Assembly: GCA_951406725.2 (NCBI GenBank)
Contig: OX597814.1
Span: forward strand, 82,956,001-83,020,000
Length of the DNA: 64,000 nucleotides
Source: Octopus vulgaris
Taxonomy: Eukaryota
Reading direction: 5' to 3'
In this document: one piece after another, positions 50,431-64,000 of the stretch
Position numbering within the stretch: position 1 is the stretch's first letter
How the letters are laid out: each line of letters begins with the position of its first letter
Notes under the pieces: generated by a model
The model's input: only the letters and a program-made list of their open reading frames with translations
What the model was told of the DNA's origin: nothing
Database searches by the model: none
Made by a program: the position numbers and the translations under genes

Positions 50431-51654
50431 TAGCATAATTAATTTTTTAGGAATATCTAAAACAACATTGTCTAATAACTGCATTATCTCGTGTAATTCT
50501 CTTTCTTATGATAGTGGGATGTGATGTAAGGGAGATTTTTCTTGCAGGTTGAATGAGACTAAAGAAGCTCCCTTCATTGGCTTATGATCTCTTTTTATCT
50601 ATAGATGCTTTTATTCACTCAGATAAGTATGTGTATATATATATGAGGTCAATACCTGGCCAAAGGACAAAATAGTAGTTTCAAGACCACCTGAAAACCA
50701 GTTTAAAAAGAGCAACATCAACCCTTCAAGCCTAAAAGACATCACAAATACTCACTTCCTCTAGTAACTATATAACTTTGAAGATCATCATTATCATTAT
50801 CATTATCATCATCATTGTCTTTTGTCTGCTTTCCATGCTGTTATGGTTGAACAGTTTGATCAGAGCTGGCAAGCCAGGGAGTAGCACCAGGTTTCAGTCT
50901 GATTTGGTTTGGTTTCTACAGTTGGATGTCCTTCCTAATACCGACCACTTTTCAGTGTGTGCTGGGTGATTTTATATGGCATCGGTATGAGTGTTTTTTA
51001 CATGGTACCAGTGCAGGACTTTTGCAGGCAAATGCTCTTCACCAGGGGAAGCAGCCTTAACACTTCTGTTGTGAAGGATGGGTCTCCTTGAGTAAAGAGT
51101 CTTCTTGAGTAGGGTGGGTCTTCTTGAATATGAAGAGCAAACACAATCAGTTACCACCAAGAGAAGTGAGACTTAGATGCAAGATTTACCTGGCTGATCT
51201 AACCAAACCTTTACACATCCTGTATGCAACAGAAGCTGTACATTGAAGATTGAGATGTACAGTCATAAAAAAATCCCTGCAAATGAATGACAAGATGATT
51301 GTCATCAGATCTAATGGACAACTGTAACAAAACAAGAGTGCATATGTATCTCCTATGCCTCGGTTTGATGCTAGAAGACTATTAAAATAGAGACTCAACA
51401 CTTACTCTTTTACACCTTTCAATTATTGGACTATGGTGAAGCTAATTCATGACCTTGAAGGGTTTTAATCTATTATATTGCTCCTGATAACTATTTTGTA
51501 AGTCATCAAACTATCAAGTTTTAGTCATAAGCACAACATTGTTTTCCAAGTGGTGTTGCTATAAAGATACATGTAGAAATAGACACATATGAACACATTC
51601 ACACACATGTTTGTGAGACAGGTGATAATGATGTCATTAATGTTCAATTTAAGC

Positions 51655-52400
51655 AGTTACAAGTCAACACCTTCAGTCCAGAGGGTTGATGTTCTCATGG
51701 TGTAAGGTTGGGTATAGTGGTTAGTGAGGAGAAAGGGTAGGTGGATGCACCAAGAGTGATGAGAAGTGCTGCTCAAGTGGTTGGAGGTACAAAACCATCT
51801 AGCTCCAAAGTGCAGAGGCCATAGTAGTAGTAGTAGTAGTAATAGTAGTAGTAGTTGTAACATAAAAGACAGATATAGTAGACAGCATGCCAGTAGGCCA
51901 GAGGCTGTAGTGTGTCCATTAATGTTAGTGTGCTGGTCATCCAACTCTCGATACAATCCAGGATGCCAGACTATGTAGCAACAGCACCATCCTGGATATG
52001 AAAGCAGTACTCCTTTATAAGCCTCACTCAAGTCTTGCCAACAGTCAACAGCTGTTAAAAGCTGAAATATTTTCTAGGTGTCTGTGGGAGGCACTCTAGC
52101 TATGCTAAAGATGTGTTTTTGTTTGGAGAGATCCTTGAAGGTAGCCAGGTCCAGTATTTGGAGCAATTGTAAGAGCTTTGGCTGAGTTTTGCTCATCTTT
52201 AGAGGGAGTGTGGTGTTGTGGATTTTGTTTTTATATGAGTAGTGTTTGAGTTTTCCTGCTGTTAAAAAAGCAAGGTTGATATGGCTCCACTTGAGGATGC
52301 TTACAATGTCTCCATCTATGAAATCAATGCAGGTTTGGTATGTAGTTTATTAGTTGTTTGTGAAAGCTGCATAGTTAGAGAAGGTTAGAATGGAATGAAG
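51655..52400 (-). mobile_element. Decayed LINE 3' ORF remnant
   Basis: C-terminal C..HL...H..TLWTEGVDL* pattern in ORF 51657..52031. Composition resembles 6640-8490. Confidence 0.45.
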
Positions 52401-54548
52401 GATCGTGTCATTTTGTTGGCATGTAGGTCATTGATATATAGAAGAAATCCATTCCTTTCTAACCTGTCTCTCTTTACTCAGGAGGAACTAAACTTCAGTT
52501 ATATGAAACACTTGTCAATTCTATTGTGCTACCACTGTCTACATAGGTGAGTTTCTTTTTTTTCCATCTCATTCTTCATCTATTTAATAGTAGGTGAACT
52601 GATCCATTTGTAAACTAAATACCTTGGCCTCGTCCACAATGCACTGGAATTGAACTGCCTATCTGTTGGCTAGTTATCCATTAGACTTTTAGTTTATTTA
52701 TTCATGTTGTCACACTTTTTGAAATTTTTTAAAAATAAGCTTTCAGGTTCTTTGTTATTTAGATTTAGTTATATGCAATAAATGTTAGTGTTGTTTCTAT
52801 TGTCAGCTTTATCTAAGACGATGGGGTTTGAATCTGAAGGAAATTTAGCTGCTATTTTCTTGCAGGTCAAGCAACCTTCTAAAGACTTTCTCATTGTTTG
52901 TTAGGTCTGTTGTGTTTATTACTGTATTAAGTCTACTGAGTTTGACAAAGATTTTAAAGTAAATATATTCTCCCACTCACCTTTTATAATGCAGGTTGAC
53001 CATGTATTTTCTGTTTGTCCCTGGTATATAGCCAGCCCTCAACTACACCCCTACATAGTTAAGAGGGCTTTTCCATTTTCCTTTTCTTGTTCTTCCCTGC
53101 CTTGGCATGAAAAAAGCATGCTGCACTCAGTGTAAAATGGTTGGTGTTAGAAAGAGCATCCGGCCATACAAATCATGTCAAAGCTGACATGGAGTACGAT
53201 GTAGCCCTGTATCTCACTAGATCCTGTTAAACTGTCCAATTCATGCCAGCATAAAAAGCAGATATTAAATGACAATGATGATGGTGAGGATTTCTTGAGT
53301 AGAAATCTGTGTATGTAATCAACCTCAATAGAAATTCTTAATATTCATCCCAAAGCTGACTTTACTCTGAATGGCATATATATTGTTTTAGCATGGAAAT
53401 CTTGCCACACAGGAAAGTGGTGCTGTCACATCTTAGAGCAGCTGCTGATTAATTATGTAATCTCTTCTGCCAAAATGTGGTATAATCAATTTTTTCAGTT
53501 GTATCTTGAGGGTCTGAGGACATGACACTTTCTATGTATCAACAGGTATTTTGTAGCTAGAGAAATTGGTATCACAAAGATCTAAATGTGATATGGTGTG
53601 GTGCAGCAGTCATTAGATCCAAAAGAGACTATGTTCCCTGTCAATCAAATACAAATTTACTGTTAAAATACTCATGCATGTGACTTCTTTGGCATGCAGA
53701 ATGTTTCTCTTCCAGGCCTCTGCTAAAGCACACATGCATGCACGTGCTTTCTCACACGCACACTCACATGATATTTAGTTTTAGTTGCTCTAAGAACATC
53801 TTGTGATGTGTGTGTGTGTGTGTACACTCATAAATAACTGCATGTGTGTGACTGTATGCATAAAGGCAAAAAGTGAATTAGGAGAGAGAGACACACACAG
53901 ATAAAAGAGGCAACAACCTCTTGATAAGATATATTGAAAGTGCTAAATATACAATAAAACACAGAAATAATGGATTATTTATTTATTGTTCACTCTAATA
54001 TTTAGTATAAGTATATACCTGCAGTTATTTTTTTTAATGATATTTAGGTTTCATTCTTTCTAAAGTAATTTGTGATTTTTAAACTATAATTTATATTCCT
54101 AAGTATGTTGTATATAGTTTTAAGCATATTTCTTACTTTCTTTACTTTTTAGATAGGATTTTAAGAATGCTTCATGTTTTTAAGAGTTTGTGAGTTTAAT
54201 TTGGCTTTTTTTTCCCCCCTATTTTACTTTTCCTTTTTCTTTCTATTGCCTTCTCTCTCCTTTGTTAAACTTAAGTGTCCTTAGTTTTCTAGAACTTAAA
54301 ATAATCTGATTTGCTTGATTACAAACATTAGATTTATTGTTATTTTAAAAGAGTGCTTTATAGAGATGTTAATTGTTTTTTCTTTAATTCTTCCAGTTTG
54401 ATTTATAGAGTGGATAATAAACAAGAAGTTTGTAGTTATTGATTTCTTTTGATTAAGCACAAATGAAACAAAGTAATGATGAAGATGATGATGATGTTTT
54501 TGATAATAGCAATAATAACGATGGATGGATAGATGGATGGATTGATGG

Positions 54549-54549
<1 letters not shown>

Positions 54550-54620
<71 letters not shown>
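54550..54620. repeat. (AAT)n microsatellite
   Basis: Direct reading. Confidence 0.95.
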
Positions 54621-54621
<1 letters not shown>

Positions 54622-55199
54622 ACCTTAGTCTACTGGCTCATAAAAGGGACTGCTGCTTGCACTGTGCACTTGTTGACTGTGATTGTTAAATTGGTTATCA
54701 CTACGGCAACAGAATATTTTTAAGAATTTGGAATAGATTTCAAACAACTGAAAGCTGAATCTAAGACAGTGGTAAAACTAGAAATATTATTAATGACTCA
54801 TGTGACTATGGTGTTCATCTATTACTTCTTCTTCTTAAGTTCTTCACTCTATATGGAACATAGGACATCAATGGCTTTTATCGCATTTTCTCAATACTGG
54901 ACTGTCTTTTCCTCTCTTTCCTGTCTTAGGTCTTGTTGGTTTTGAATTGTTGTTGGTGCTTCTGTAACTTTGCTTTCTTCTAGGTTGGGCCAACAGGAAG
55001 AGATGATCTACATTAGTCAGGCTGCAATTCTTTGATCTGTCCAGCATGAGTGGTCCTACAAGGAGCTAGCATAGCCCTCAGAGACATTGAGGCACACAAA
55101 TCACTACAGCACAAACATTACTTGGCCAATACTTAACACTGAACGATGTATATACAAAACGAAAAAAAAAACAGTGAAAATATAAACAAGAGGGAGAAA

Positions 55200-55970
55200 A
55201 TTAATTAAAAAGGTACTCAAAGTAGCCACCCTCTGCTTTCATCACAGCCTCAACACAGCTTGGGAATCTGGTGCATGTGTTCTTCATGGTATCCCTGGGA
55301 ATATCTTCAAACACTTCCTTGATCTTGACCATCAATTCAGCCTTGGTGTTGCAGGCAGAGTGCTTGGTGTCTTTCTCAACTGTGTCCCACACAAAGTAAT
55401 CCATGGGATTACTATAAGGGGAATTAGGAGGCCAAAAATCAGGGTTGGTGAAGTCAGAGAAATTCCCTAATAACCACTTTTGTCTCTTTCTGGAGGTATG
55501 GCAAGGAGTTGAATCTTACTGCCATACACAGACACACACATGGCTTTCCTGCAAACAATGCTCTCCAGCTCAGGTTTGATCATAGTCTCCAGTAGCTTCA
55601 CATAGCCATCTGAATTGATCCTAAGGCCCTGTCCCACGGTTGTTGGACAAATTCTGACATGCAGACACAGTCCAAACACCTGTTGTGTCACTTCCTGCAG
55701 GCCACGGCTTCATAGTCTCATTGCAGCTGTCCATGTCATGTCTTACAGCCGTTATAGTGTTTACAGAACATTGAGTGGCAGTCATGATTTTGGCATTTTG
55801 ATACTCGGCATACATCATCATGATACAAATAACTTTTTTTACAACATTCAGATGGCTCCCAGTTCTTCAGCTTATGTTTTCCAATCCCATTGACTGTTTA
55901 ACAATACATCAAGCTCTTTCTAAAAAACAAGAGACATAAAAATCATCAAATTTAGTTCAAACACTCTGTA
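55200..55970 (-). mobile_element. Second DD37D/maT-type copy, internally deleted
   Basis: WPPNSPYSNPMDYFVWDTVEK..AEGGYFE. TIR catcaaatttagttcaaacactctgta matches the 12189-13411 ends. Confidence 0.85.
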
Positions 55971-56982
55971 AATAATAAATTGTGTCTATGCAGCATTTTT
56001 TTCTCTTTGAAACAGTGTTCTGTATTGTATCAAAATGTCCAACATTATCTCTCATCAGTAACGATTAGAGACACAATAAGATAGCAAAACTACTTTTATA
56101 TATGCAGAAGCACTCAGTTTTGGCTTTTTAAAGAAAAGATTTTGTTGTACTCATATGAACCATCACCTGTTTTAGAAAGTAGCAAAGCAAAGTTACATTG
56201 AATCTTTAATAGACAGACTGTCCTCAAAATAACATATAAGTCTGACATAATTTTTCCATTTCAAAAATGACAGTAATAGTCAGTATAGCAATACTAATTG
56301 ACTATAATATTGTGTAGAAGCAAACAGAAAAGCTAAAGAATTACACTGATTCAACTATTGAATTAAAAACAATATAGCTGTTAAGAAATGTATCCATCAA
56401 TCCATTTGCAATTAGTACAACTGAAACATCTCTAAATACATTGACAGGTTGTATATAGAGATAGATTTAGACATGTTCTTGGTAACAGCAATATTATGTT
56501 CTGTAAATATTGTTAGAACCTTCTCACAAAGCTTATATTTACCTTAGTTATTACAATGCATGTTTTCTAAAACACAAGTAATTATTTTTAATATATGAAA
56601 AGAAACCTTTGTTATATATACTATTATACTACAGGGTGTTCATAAATTATCTTTACAAATTCCACAATTTAGTATCTACATATGTTGCATGCAACCAATG
56701 GAGCTCACGTTTCTAATGAAACCTTATTTGTTTGCCTATGTTTTCCAATAATCCCTACTTCCAGTTGCCAATACCACCTGCTTCCAAGGAAGATAACAGT
56801 TTTCAATAGCTGGACATGCTTTTCTTGGAGGACTGGAAATAAACAACCTTGCTTGTATGAGGATAATGCTCATTTACAACCATCATGGGATATTTAGACA
56901 AGAGTACACACATACACACACACACACACACATGATGTATGTATATATATATCATGATGATGATGATATATATATATATATA

Positions 56983-57321
56983 TCATCATCATCATCATCA
57001 TCGTTTAAGGTCTGCTTTCCATGGTAGCATGGGTTGGACGATTTGACTGAGGACTGGCTAACCAGATGGCTGCACCAGGCTCCAATCTGATCTGGCAGAG
57101 TTTCTACAGCTGGATGACCTTCCTAACACCAACCACTCCGAGAGTGTAGTGGGTGCTTTTACATGCCACTGGCATGAGGGCCAGTCAGGCAGTACTGGCA
57201 ATGACCTCGGTCAAATGTTTTTCATGAGCCAGTAAGGCAACGCTGGTAATGATCACGTTTGAACAGTGCATTTTACCTGCCACCAGCATGGAAGCCAGTC
57301 AGCTCTCTGGCAGCGATCATG

Positions 57322-57325
<4 letters not shown>
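56983..57325 (-). mobile_element. Retroposon family C
   Basis: (cat)n cgtttaaggtctgctttccatggtagcatgggttggacg body with degenerate ~60-bp units. Confidence 0.85.
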
Positions 57326-57365
<40 letters not shown>

Positions 57366-57374
57366 CTCTCTCTT

Positions 57375-57575
57375 TACTCTTTTACTTGTTTCAGCCATTT
57401 GACTGTGGTCATGCACCACCTTTAGTCGAGCAAATCAACCCCAGGACTTATTCTTTGTAAGCCTAGTACTTATTCTATCGGTCTCTTTTGCTGAACTACG
57501 CTAAGTTATGGGGACATAAACATGCCAGCATCAGTTGTCAAGCAATGGGACAAACACAGACACACAAACACACAT

Positions 57576-57624
<49 letters not shown>

Positions 57625-57775
57625 CATATACACAATAGGCTTTTTTTTCAGTTCCCATCTACCAAATCTACTCACAAGGCTTTGGTCGGCCTGAGGTTAC
57701 AGTAGAAGACACTTACCCAAGGTGCCACGCAGTGGGACTGAATCCGGAACCATGTGGTTGCTTACCAACCACATG
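57375..57775 (-). mobile_element. SINE family A with inverted 5' tip
   Basis: Full body. Ends in catgtggttg-cttac-caaccacatg. Confidence 0.85.
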
Positions 57776-59379
57776 AATAAGGAAGGAAGGGGTGATGGCA
57801 AACTGGTATTGGGAGCGTTTCAACTCTGTGTGAGTAGATGTGTATATGTGTGTGTGTGTATGTACAAGGGAAGTATGTGAATGTTTGTATGTGTCAGTAA
57901 CAAACGATGATCGATGTCACATCTCAAAAGACAACCACTAGATAACACTGGCAAGTGTATTAATTTGATTTATCATCCATATTCTGTTTTGTTAAAAATA
58001 ATTATTACAGTCACATACACCTACACAAACATTTACATATACAAACTCATAAGGGAAAATAATTATTCCCTGAGTGTATCAAGAATATAAAATGATTACA
58101 ATTGAAAGGTATAATATAAATTTAGTAATAAAAGAATTATTAAACTAAAGCTTCGGTTTTGTACCTATTTATATATAAAATACTACAATTAGCCATCATT
58201 CTTGATGGCACAGGGCCAGCTAGTAAAACAATAAAATTTATTGACTACTACAGTTTATCTCAATAAATACTTTACAGTGCTATTTATTGTATCTCAACAT
58301 ATACCAGACCCTGTGTTTGCTTGGGTTTTTCTACATTTTCTGTTTACCACATTTCACTCACAAGGTATTGGTTGACCCAAGGCTATGGTAGAAGATACTG
58401 CATATACTCATGTCAAAGTTGAATTTTTGTGACTATTATAACAAGGTGAACATTGCTTCCCAACCACATAGTTTCAGTTTCAGTCCCACTACATGAGACC
58501 TTGAGCTAGTGTCTTCTATATTGCCCCAGGCTGACCAAAGCCATGTGAGTGGGCTTGATAGACAGAAACTGAAAGAAGCTTGTTGTATGTGTGCATGCGA
58601 TCGTGTGTGTGTTTGTCCTCCCCATCCCACACCTTTTGACAGCCGGTGTTGCTTTATTTACATCCTAGTTATTTAAAGGTTTGACAAAAGAGACCAATAA
58701 GACAAGCTTAAAACTTATCACTGAGGTCAATTTGTTCAACTAAACCCTTCAAGGTGGTGCCCCTGCATAGCTGCATTCTGCAGCATAACATTTATACAAG
58801 ATAATCCCTCAACCAGGAAATGCTGATTTGTTAATTTGTGAAAAGCTTGGGTCAACTGTTACATGAGGTACAAGGGAAATTTCAGAGTTGTAGCTCTCAT
58901 AAAGGAGGTTGACTTTTGCATGAGCATGACTTTTATTTGAGTATATACAATACTTAGCCAGGTTATCACAAAGTGAGATCAAACCTAGAAATGCGTGGTT
59001 GTGTTTCAAACTTCTTAATCACACAACTGTACTTAAATCTTATAGATAGAAACTAAAATAATAAAGCATAGGAGAAAATTGATAATAAGTATATTTTTCA
59101 TGTAAAATCTACCATAAAATATGCTACAATCTCTGTTAGAATGTTTATAGATAGGTTTACGAAATATGCTGATTTCTATAGAAATTGTTTTCCCAAAACT
59201 GGTTGTGGTGAATAGTTCTACATATTAGCGTGGGCGCAGATCACTGTCTGTGTGTGTGTGTTCTGTAGTGCAATGCTAAACTGCATGTTCGTGAGTGTGT
59301 GTGGTGTATGTGCGAGAGTGAGAGAAAGAGAGGTTATGTACGTGTGGAACACACTTTGCAATATGCTTGTTGCTTGAGT

Positions 59380-59815
59380 AGGCGGAGAGAATGAGAGAAT
59401 GAGCAGGAAAATAGTAAGAATGGAAGTGAGATTGAGGAAAGGAACTGTAAGGAAGGAAAGCAATAAAAATAAAGTAAGAGAATAAGTGAGTGAGGAAGGG
59501 AAGGAGGGAAGGTTGGAGGAAAGAAAGAAAGAAAGAAAGAAAGAAGGTAGGAAGAGAACAAAGAAGAATAAAGGGAAGAATAGAAAAGACAGAAGGAAAA
59601 TGAATATAGGAAAAGTAGAAAAGTAAAGGAATAAGAAAAACATAAACATAAGATAGTTGTGATATAAATGAGAGAAGAAATAAAAAATGGAAGGAGGGAA
59701 AAAAGAAAGGAAAAGACAATGTAGGTGGAAAGAAAAAGAAAGAAAGAAGATAGGAAGAATGGAGGGAGAAAAGAAGAATAGAAAAATGTAATTGAGTGAA
59801 AAGAAGGAACAGATC
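59380..59815. repeat. Purine-rich low-complexity tract
   Basis: G/A-rich degenerate repeats. Explains the F/L/S-rich ORFs at 59218..59865. Confidence 0.9.
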
Positions 59816-60655
59816 AAGGGCCAGGTGAGGCCAAGAGGGAGTTTAACAGTGTTGTTGTTGATCAACTCTCAAGTGAAATCTGATCCAGCAGACTTATAAT
59901 CTGAAAGTATTCCAGCTGTGACCATCCTGTCTTTTTCCTATGTGTGGTGAACCCAGTATCATATTATCCATGTTCATTTTTTTTAAGATAGTTGGATGTG
60001 ATTTGAAGGATTGTTGGCCACTATTTCTAGCAGATTGAACACAATTGCGTAGAGATTCCTTTGTTGTTGTTGGTGGTGGTGGTGGTGGATGTAGTTGTGA
60101 AAGTAATGAGGATGAATGTCACGGTATTGTTGATTATTGTGTTTGTTGTTATTTAACCCCTGGCTTACTCTCAACAAACAGACCTTTTATCAAAGGTCTG
60201 ATTATGACCATCACATCCTTTTGGGGGCATCATGTACATGAAATTTAATGCACCTTTTCAATATTTAAGATGGTGGGGTGTGATTTGAAGGGAATTTAGT
60301 TGTTGTTTCTAGCAACCAGTGGAAGTGTGTTTATTTGTCCTGCAATGATTGTGTTATTATTAATGGTAGTAGAGGTGATGGTGTCGGTAGTGTCAATAGT
60401 GTTATGTTGTTGTTTAGCACAAAGTAAGAGTTGATTTGACTCAGGGTTAAACTACATAAAAAAAATTCTAGTTGTGACCATTCTGTTTTTTTTTTTTTCG
60501 TATATTAGCTACTTCATTGTACCAGTATATCCTTACTTATTTAAAATAGCAGAGTATAATTTGAAGATGACTTCTTCGTTTAAAATAACATATCGTAATA
60601 TGAAGGAAAGGGCTATTTAGCTGCTATTTCTAACAATTTGGGTGACTGTGTAGAG

Positions 60656-63600
60656 CAGTAGTGGATCTACAATATTGGGGCCCTGAAACTTAAAATGTTA
60701 TGAGGGCCTCCTTTACAACTAGCAACACTAGAGTAACATCCAACAAAGGCTGAAGAATTTTTATGCCCTTGCAAGGATTTCCAGTCTCGAGGCCTTGATA
60801 GCCCAAATGGTGGAGTGGTGATGTGGAGTCCACTTTCCACTAGTAACAAGGTGTGAGTAATTACTGATATCTTTGTCGATGTGGCTGTTCCATGGCAGAT
60901 CACCACAATTTTCTTTACAAATTTAAGCACTACATTTCAGATTGTGATTCCCAAAGTCACTGGTGTGAACAAATATTTTTGAGGCTATGCCTTATAATTT
61001 TAGAGCTATGGGTGTTGAAAATTAGGGTTAGTGTTATATATGTGCATGACACATCATAGTATAAAGATATAAAACATAACAAATATCACAGTTAATATAA
61101 TCTAATATTAATCTTATATTTAAGATACATATGAAAATTACAAAATACTCTTTTTTCTGTTTTTGTAGCAATGTATTCCCTTACAGTTTTGTCATATGAG
61201 AGCTACCTTGCAATGTGATTTTCTAGAGACAATATGCATAAGAAATTTAAGCACTCTTCAGTCATGGTAGACCGAAATTTATTCTTTATAAAGGAAAGCT
61301 TTGAGAAATTCCGTTTTGCTTCACAGCTTGATATAGGCATTGTCAAGTACAGTTTAAGTGCAGTGTTAATATTAGGGAACACTTCAGTTAATTGTTGCTC
61401 ATAAATAAGCTGAAGCACTTCTGTGCACTGCATTTTGGATTTCCTAAGGTATAAATACTCTTTGAACTGATGACACTCATTTATTAATTTGTGATCCAAT
61501 ATTGTCTCTGTGATGTGATATTATAAGTTTGATACTGTCCTCATCAAATTCTGAATTGTTCAGCAATTCTGAGAGAAACTAGAACCTTTTTGCAGTCTGC
61601 TCATATGGGTCTGTTCCCTTGCTTAACTATATTATCAAACAGTCATAGACTTGATTTAGAATTTCTATCCTAAATTTCAGCCCCTTTCAAAGAAGCCCTA
61701 TCACTTGTTCCATCTGCAAATTTCTTTGTAACAATGCATTTGGAAACAGCAGAATAATTTGAGGTGATATATTCACATAAACCTTTTGCTAGTGATTCAT
61801 AGTGTACAATCCTGTTGGCTGAATTTTCTCATAGTTCTTTAACAAATGAAAGTAATGATGCTAGCATAAGGTAACCTTCAAATGCATTAGAACCAAGGGT
61901 TTGGAGTTTCTTACTTGTTTTGTTAATATGCTCCATAACTTCTTCCCAAATGACTGTTAAATCAGCACATTCCAATTTTACCAACTTGTGGTATAAATTC
62001 TTTGCATCTCATTTATATTCAAGCTTCTCTTCTGAGTATTCAAACATATGTCTGAGAGTTTGTAAAGTATCCCTAAATCCATTTTTAATTGCCTGGACTA
62101 CTTCGTAGTGTGCAGACCATTTAGTTACACTTAAGCTCTTTAGACAAAAGGCTAGATTGCCCTGTGTGTTTAAAATCTTCCATCTTCGAGAAGATTCAGA
62201 AAAGAAAACATACAGCTGCTGCAAGATGCCAAAATAGTCAACAATTTTAGGTAGAGTAGATACTACCTTTTCTCCAACAAGGTTGAGTGAATGGTTTGCA
62301 CATGGTACATAGTCTGCATACCTGTTAATGTTTTTAAGAAGTGTTTGAAGCCCTTTCTCCAAGTCCTTCATGTTGAAATCATTATCATACAACTGAGCAC
62401 GGATATTTTCAAGTGAAAGCTTATGCTCCCCCAGAAATTGTGTTATTTTGTTGAACAAGATCGTGGATGAATGGTTTTTCTATTAGCAAAAATGCTAAAA
62501 ATCTCTCACAAGACTTTTCATTATAACAGTATTGAACCACAATTACCAGCTGGTCAACATGTGTCATGTCAGGTGTAGTCAACAATAATTGAGTAGTATT
62601 TGGTGTCTAGGTTGTTGATCAGATTCAATACTTCATCTTTCACGTGTTTTCCCGTGATTTCTATCAAATTTTCATACATGGATTTGGATAGGTAAACAAT
62701 ATTTACTTTACCATTTTTGCATTTCTCTAATGGATCAAACACTGCAATAATTTTAATGGCCCCCATGAAATTTTCATTGTTTGGGGAGCTCCACTTTTTC
62801 TCATGACCTCTAAATGCTAAACCTCTTTCACTTATAAACTTTATAACTGCAACAGCTCTTTTTAGAACTTCAAAATAGTACTGCATGTTTTTCTCAAAAT
62901 GTTCCTCATGTTGCTGATCCACAGTGTTTTTATTTGACTTTCATGTTAGCCAGTTCAACATCACCCTGTTATGTTCCATACTGTCTTCATAATTTTCTAG
63001 AGTTCTGAGTATATTCATCCAATCAGAAAACCCACCCGTTGTAAGTGATATTTGGCATTTAGAAAAGAATTTACAAACAAAACAGTATATACAGCCTTTG
63101 TTCTTTGAGTAAACTAACCAGGATCTCATCACAGTCTGAACATTTCTCAATTTTGTTCAAGGTATGTACTTGTTTGAGAAACTTCGATTTTGCTGTTTGT
63201 ATAAATCTTGTTTAATTCAGTATATACATTATCTGGTTTCTTATTTTGACAAAAACTGATGTTATGCATTAAACAGTTTTGTATGAAATCATCATCAATT
63301 GTTATGGGCCAGTTTGCCAGGTCACTGTATTCTTTGAAATCACTAAATTTGCTTCTTGTTTCCTGTTTCTGCTCTCCCTTTTCTTGAAGTTCTTGACCAC
63401 TGTGATCATCATCTGCACCAAAAGTGTCAACAGTAGGTTGATTATTTCTAAACAGTGCACTCATGGTTTGCACACTATCATTGACTTCACTGGTGCTTGC
63501 ATGGCTTGTTTCAATTGCAGGTGATGACTAACTTTTTCATGATATTATAAAATAGTTTGATAATTTTTGACATTTAAAAATTTCATTAGGTTGCTTTTCC

Positions 63601-63800
63601 TTGAGTTGACATTTCTGGTATCCGCTTAAGTACTTTCTTGAAGATATTGCTATTCCTCTTGGAGCCAATATTGGGGTAATATTTCCATTAGCCACAGCAA
63701 GACAGAGATCAATCAAGATAAGGGTCCACAACTTGATATATAGTCATAAATGAAGAATTGTTCATTTTGTACAAGGTGATATTCAAACAATTTTTAAAGT
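60656..63800 (-). mobile_element. hAT transposon (ZMYM1-like: TTF zinc finger, DUF4371, hATC dimerisation), pseudogenised
   Basis: RSWLVYSKNKGCIYCFVCKFF..GFSDW, ERGLAFRGH, YYSIIVD.T, RAQLYDN..NM, YVPCANHSLNL, LKSLSVTKWSAH, FPNI..LTMPISSCEAKRNFSKL. TIR-like cagtagtggatctac at 60656. Confidence 0.92.
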
Positions 63801-64000
63801 GGGAAAAATGCTTTGTTACTGAACTGATTGTAAGTCCAAAATTAGGAGGCAAATCCTTTCAATGGTCATTAAATAATGGTGTCCCACTGAGAAAATAAGA
63901 ATTCTTATCCCTACCGTGCTGATGTAGTAGTAGACATATTTGACGATGGGTGGGGCAAGGCTGAAGTTTACTGAATAATTCAAGGAAAGCAAATTATCTG

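Noticed and set aside
59218-59865. 215-aa F/L/S-rich membrane-protein-like ORF
   Set aside because: It is the antisense translation of a purine-rich low-complexity tract.

Overview
AT-rich eukaryotic DNA dense in microsatellites. The SINE and transposon repertoire suggests an octopod cephalopod (inference, not database-checked). No intact host protein-coding gene is recognisable. Most listed ORFs are microsatellite read-throughs or transposon debris. The window is a mosaic of several tRNA-derived SINE families and decayed non-LTR retrotransposons (RTE, CR1-like, a DISRAFD/VPQ/YAGD RT, an R4-like fragment). It also holds three Penelope-like element (PLE) remnants with GIY-YIG endonuclease, Tc1/mariner elements (DD34E, DD34D, DD37D), a pogo/Tigger, a Helitron RepHel fragment, TTAA MITEs and a hAT transposase. 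The most notable signal, read by eye, is a set of six sequence-unrelated type-I hammerhead ribozyme motifs (9 complete or near-complete copies plus 2 truncated). Several have variant cores (CCGANGA, UUGAAAA). Most sit in non-coding 450-680 bp tandem or terminally redundant units and inverted-repeat structures with PLE/retrozyme-like architecture. Other observations: a young 61-bp A/B higher-order array with a candidate pseudoknot per unit, a SINE/LINE shared 3' hairpin, a tRNA-headed repeat with PLE-like tandem-plus-inverted structure, and weak plus-strand splice signals. Coordinates of decayed elements are approximate.
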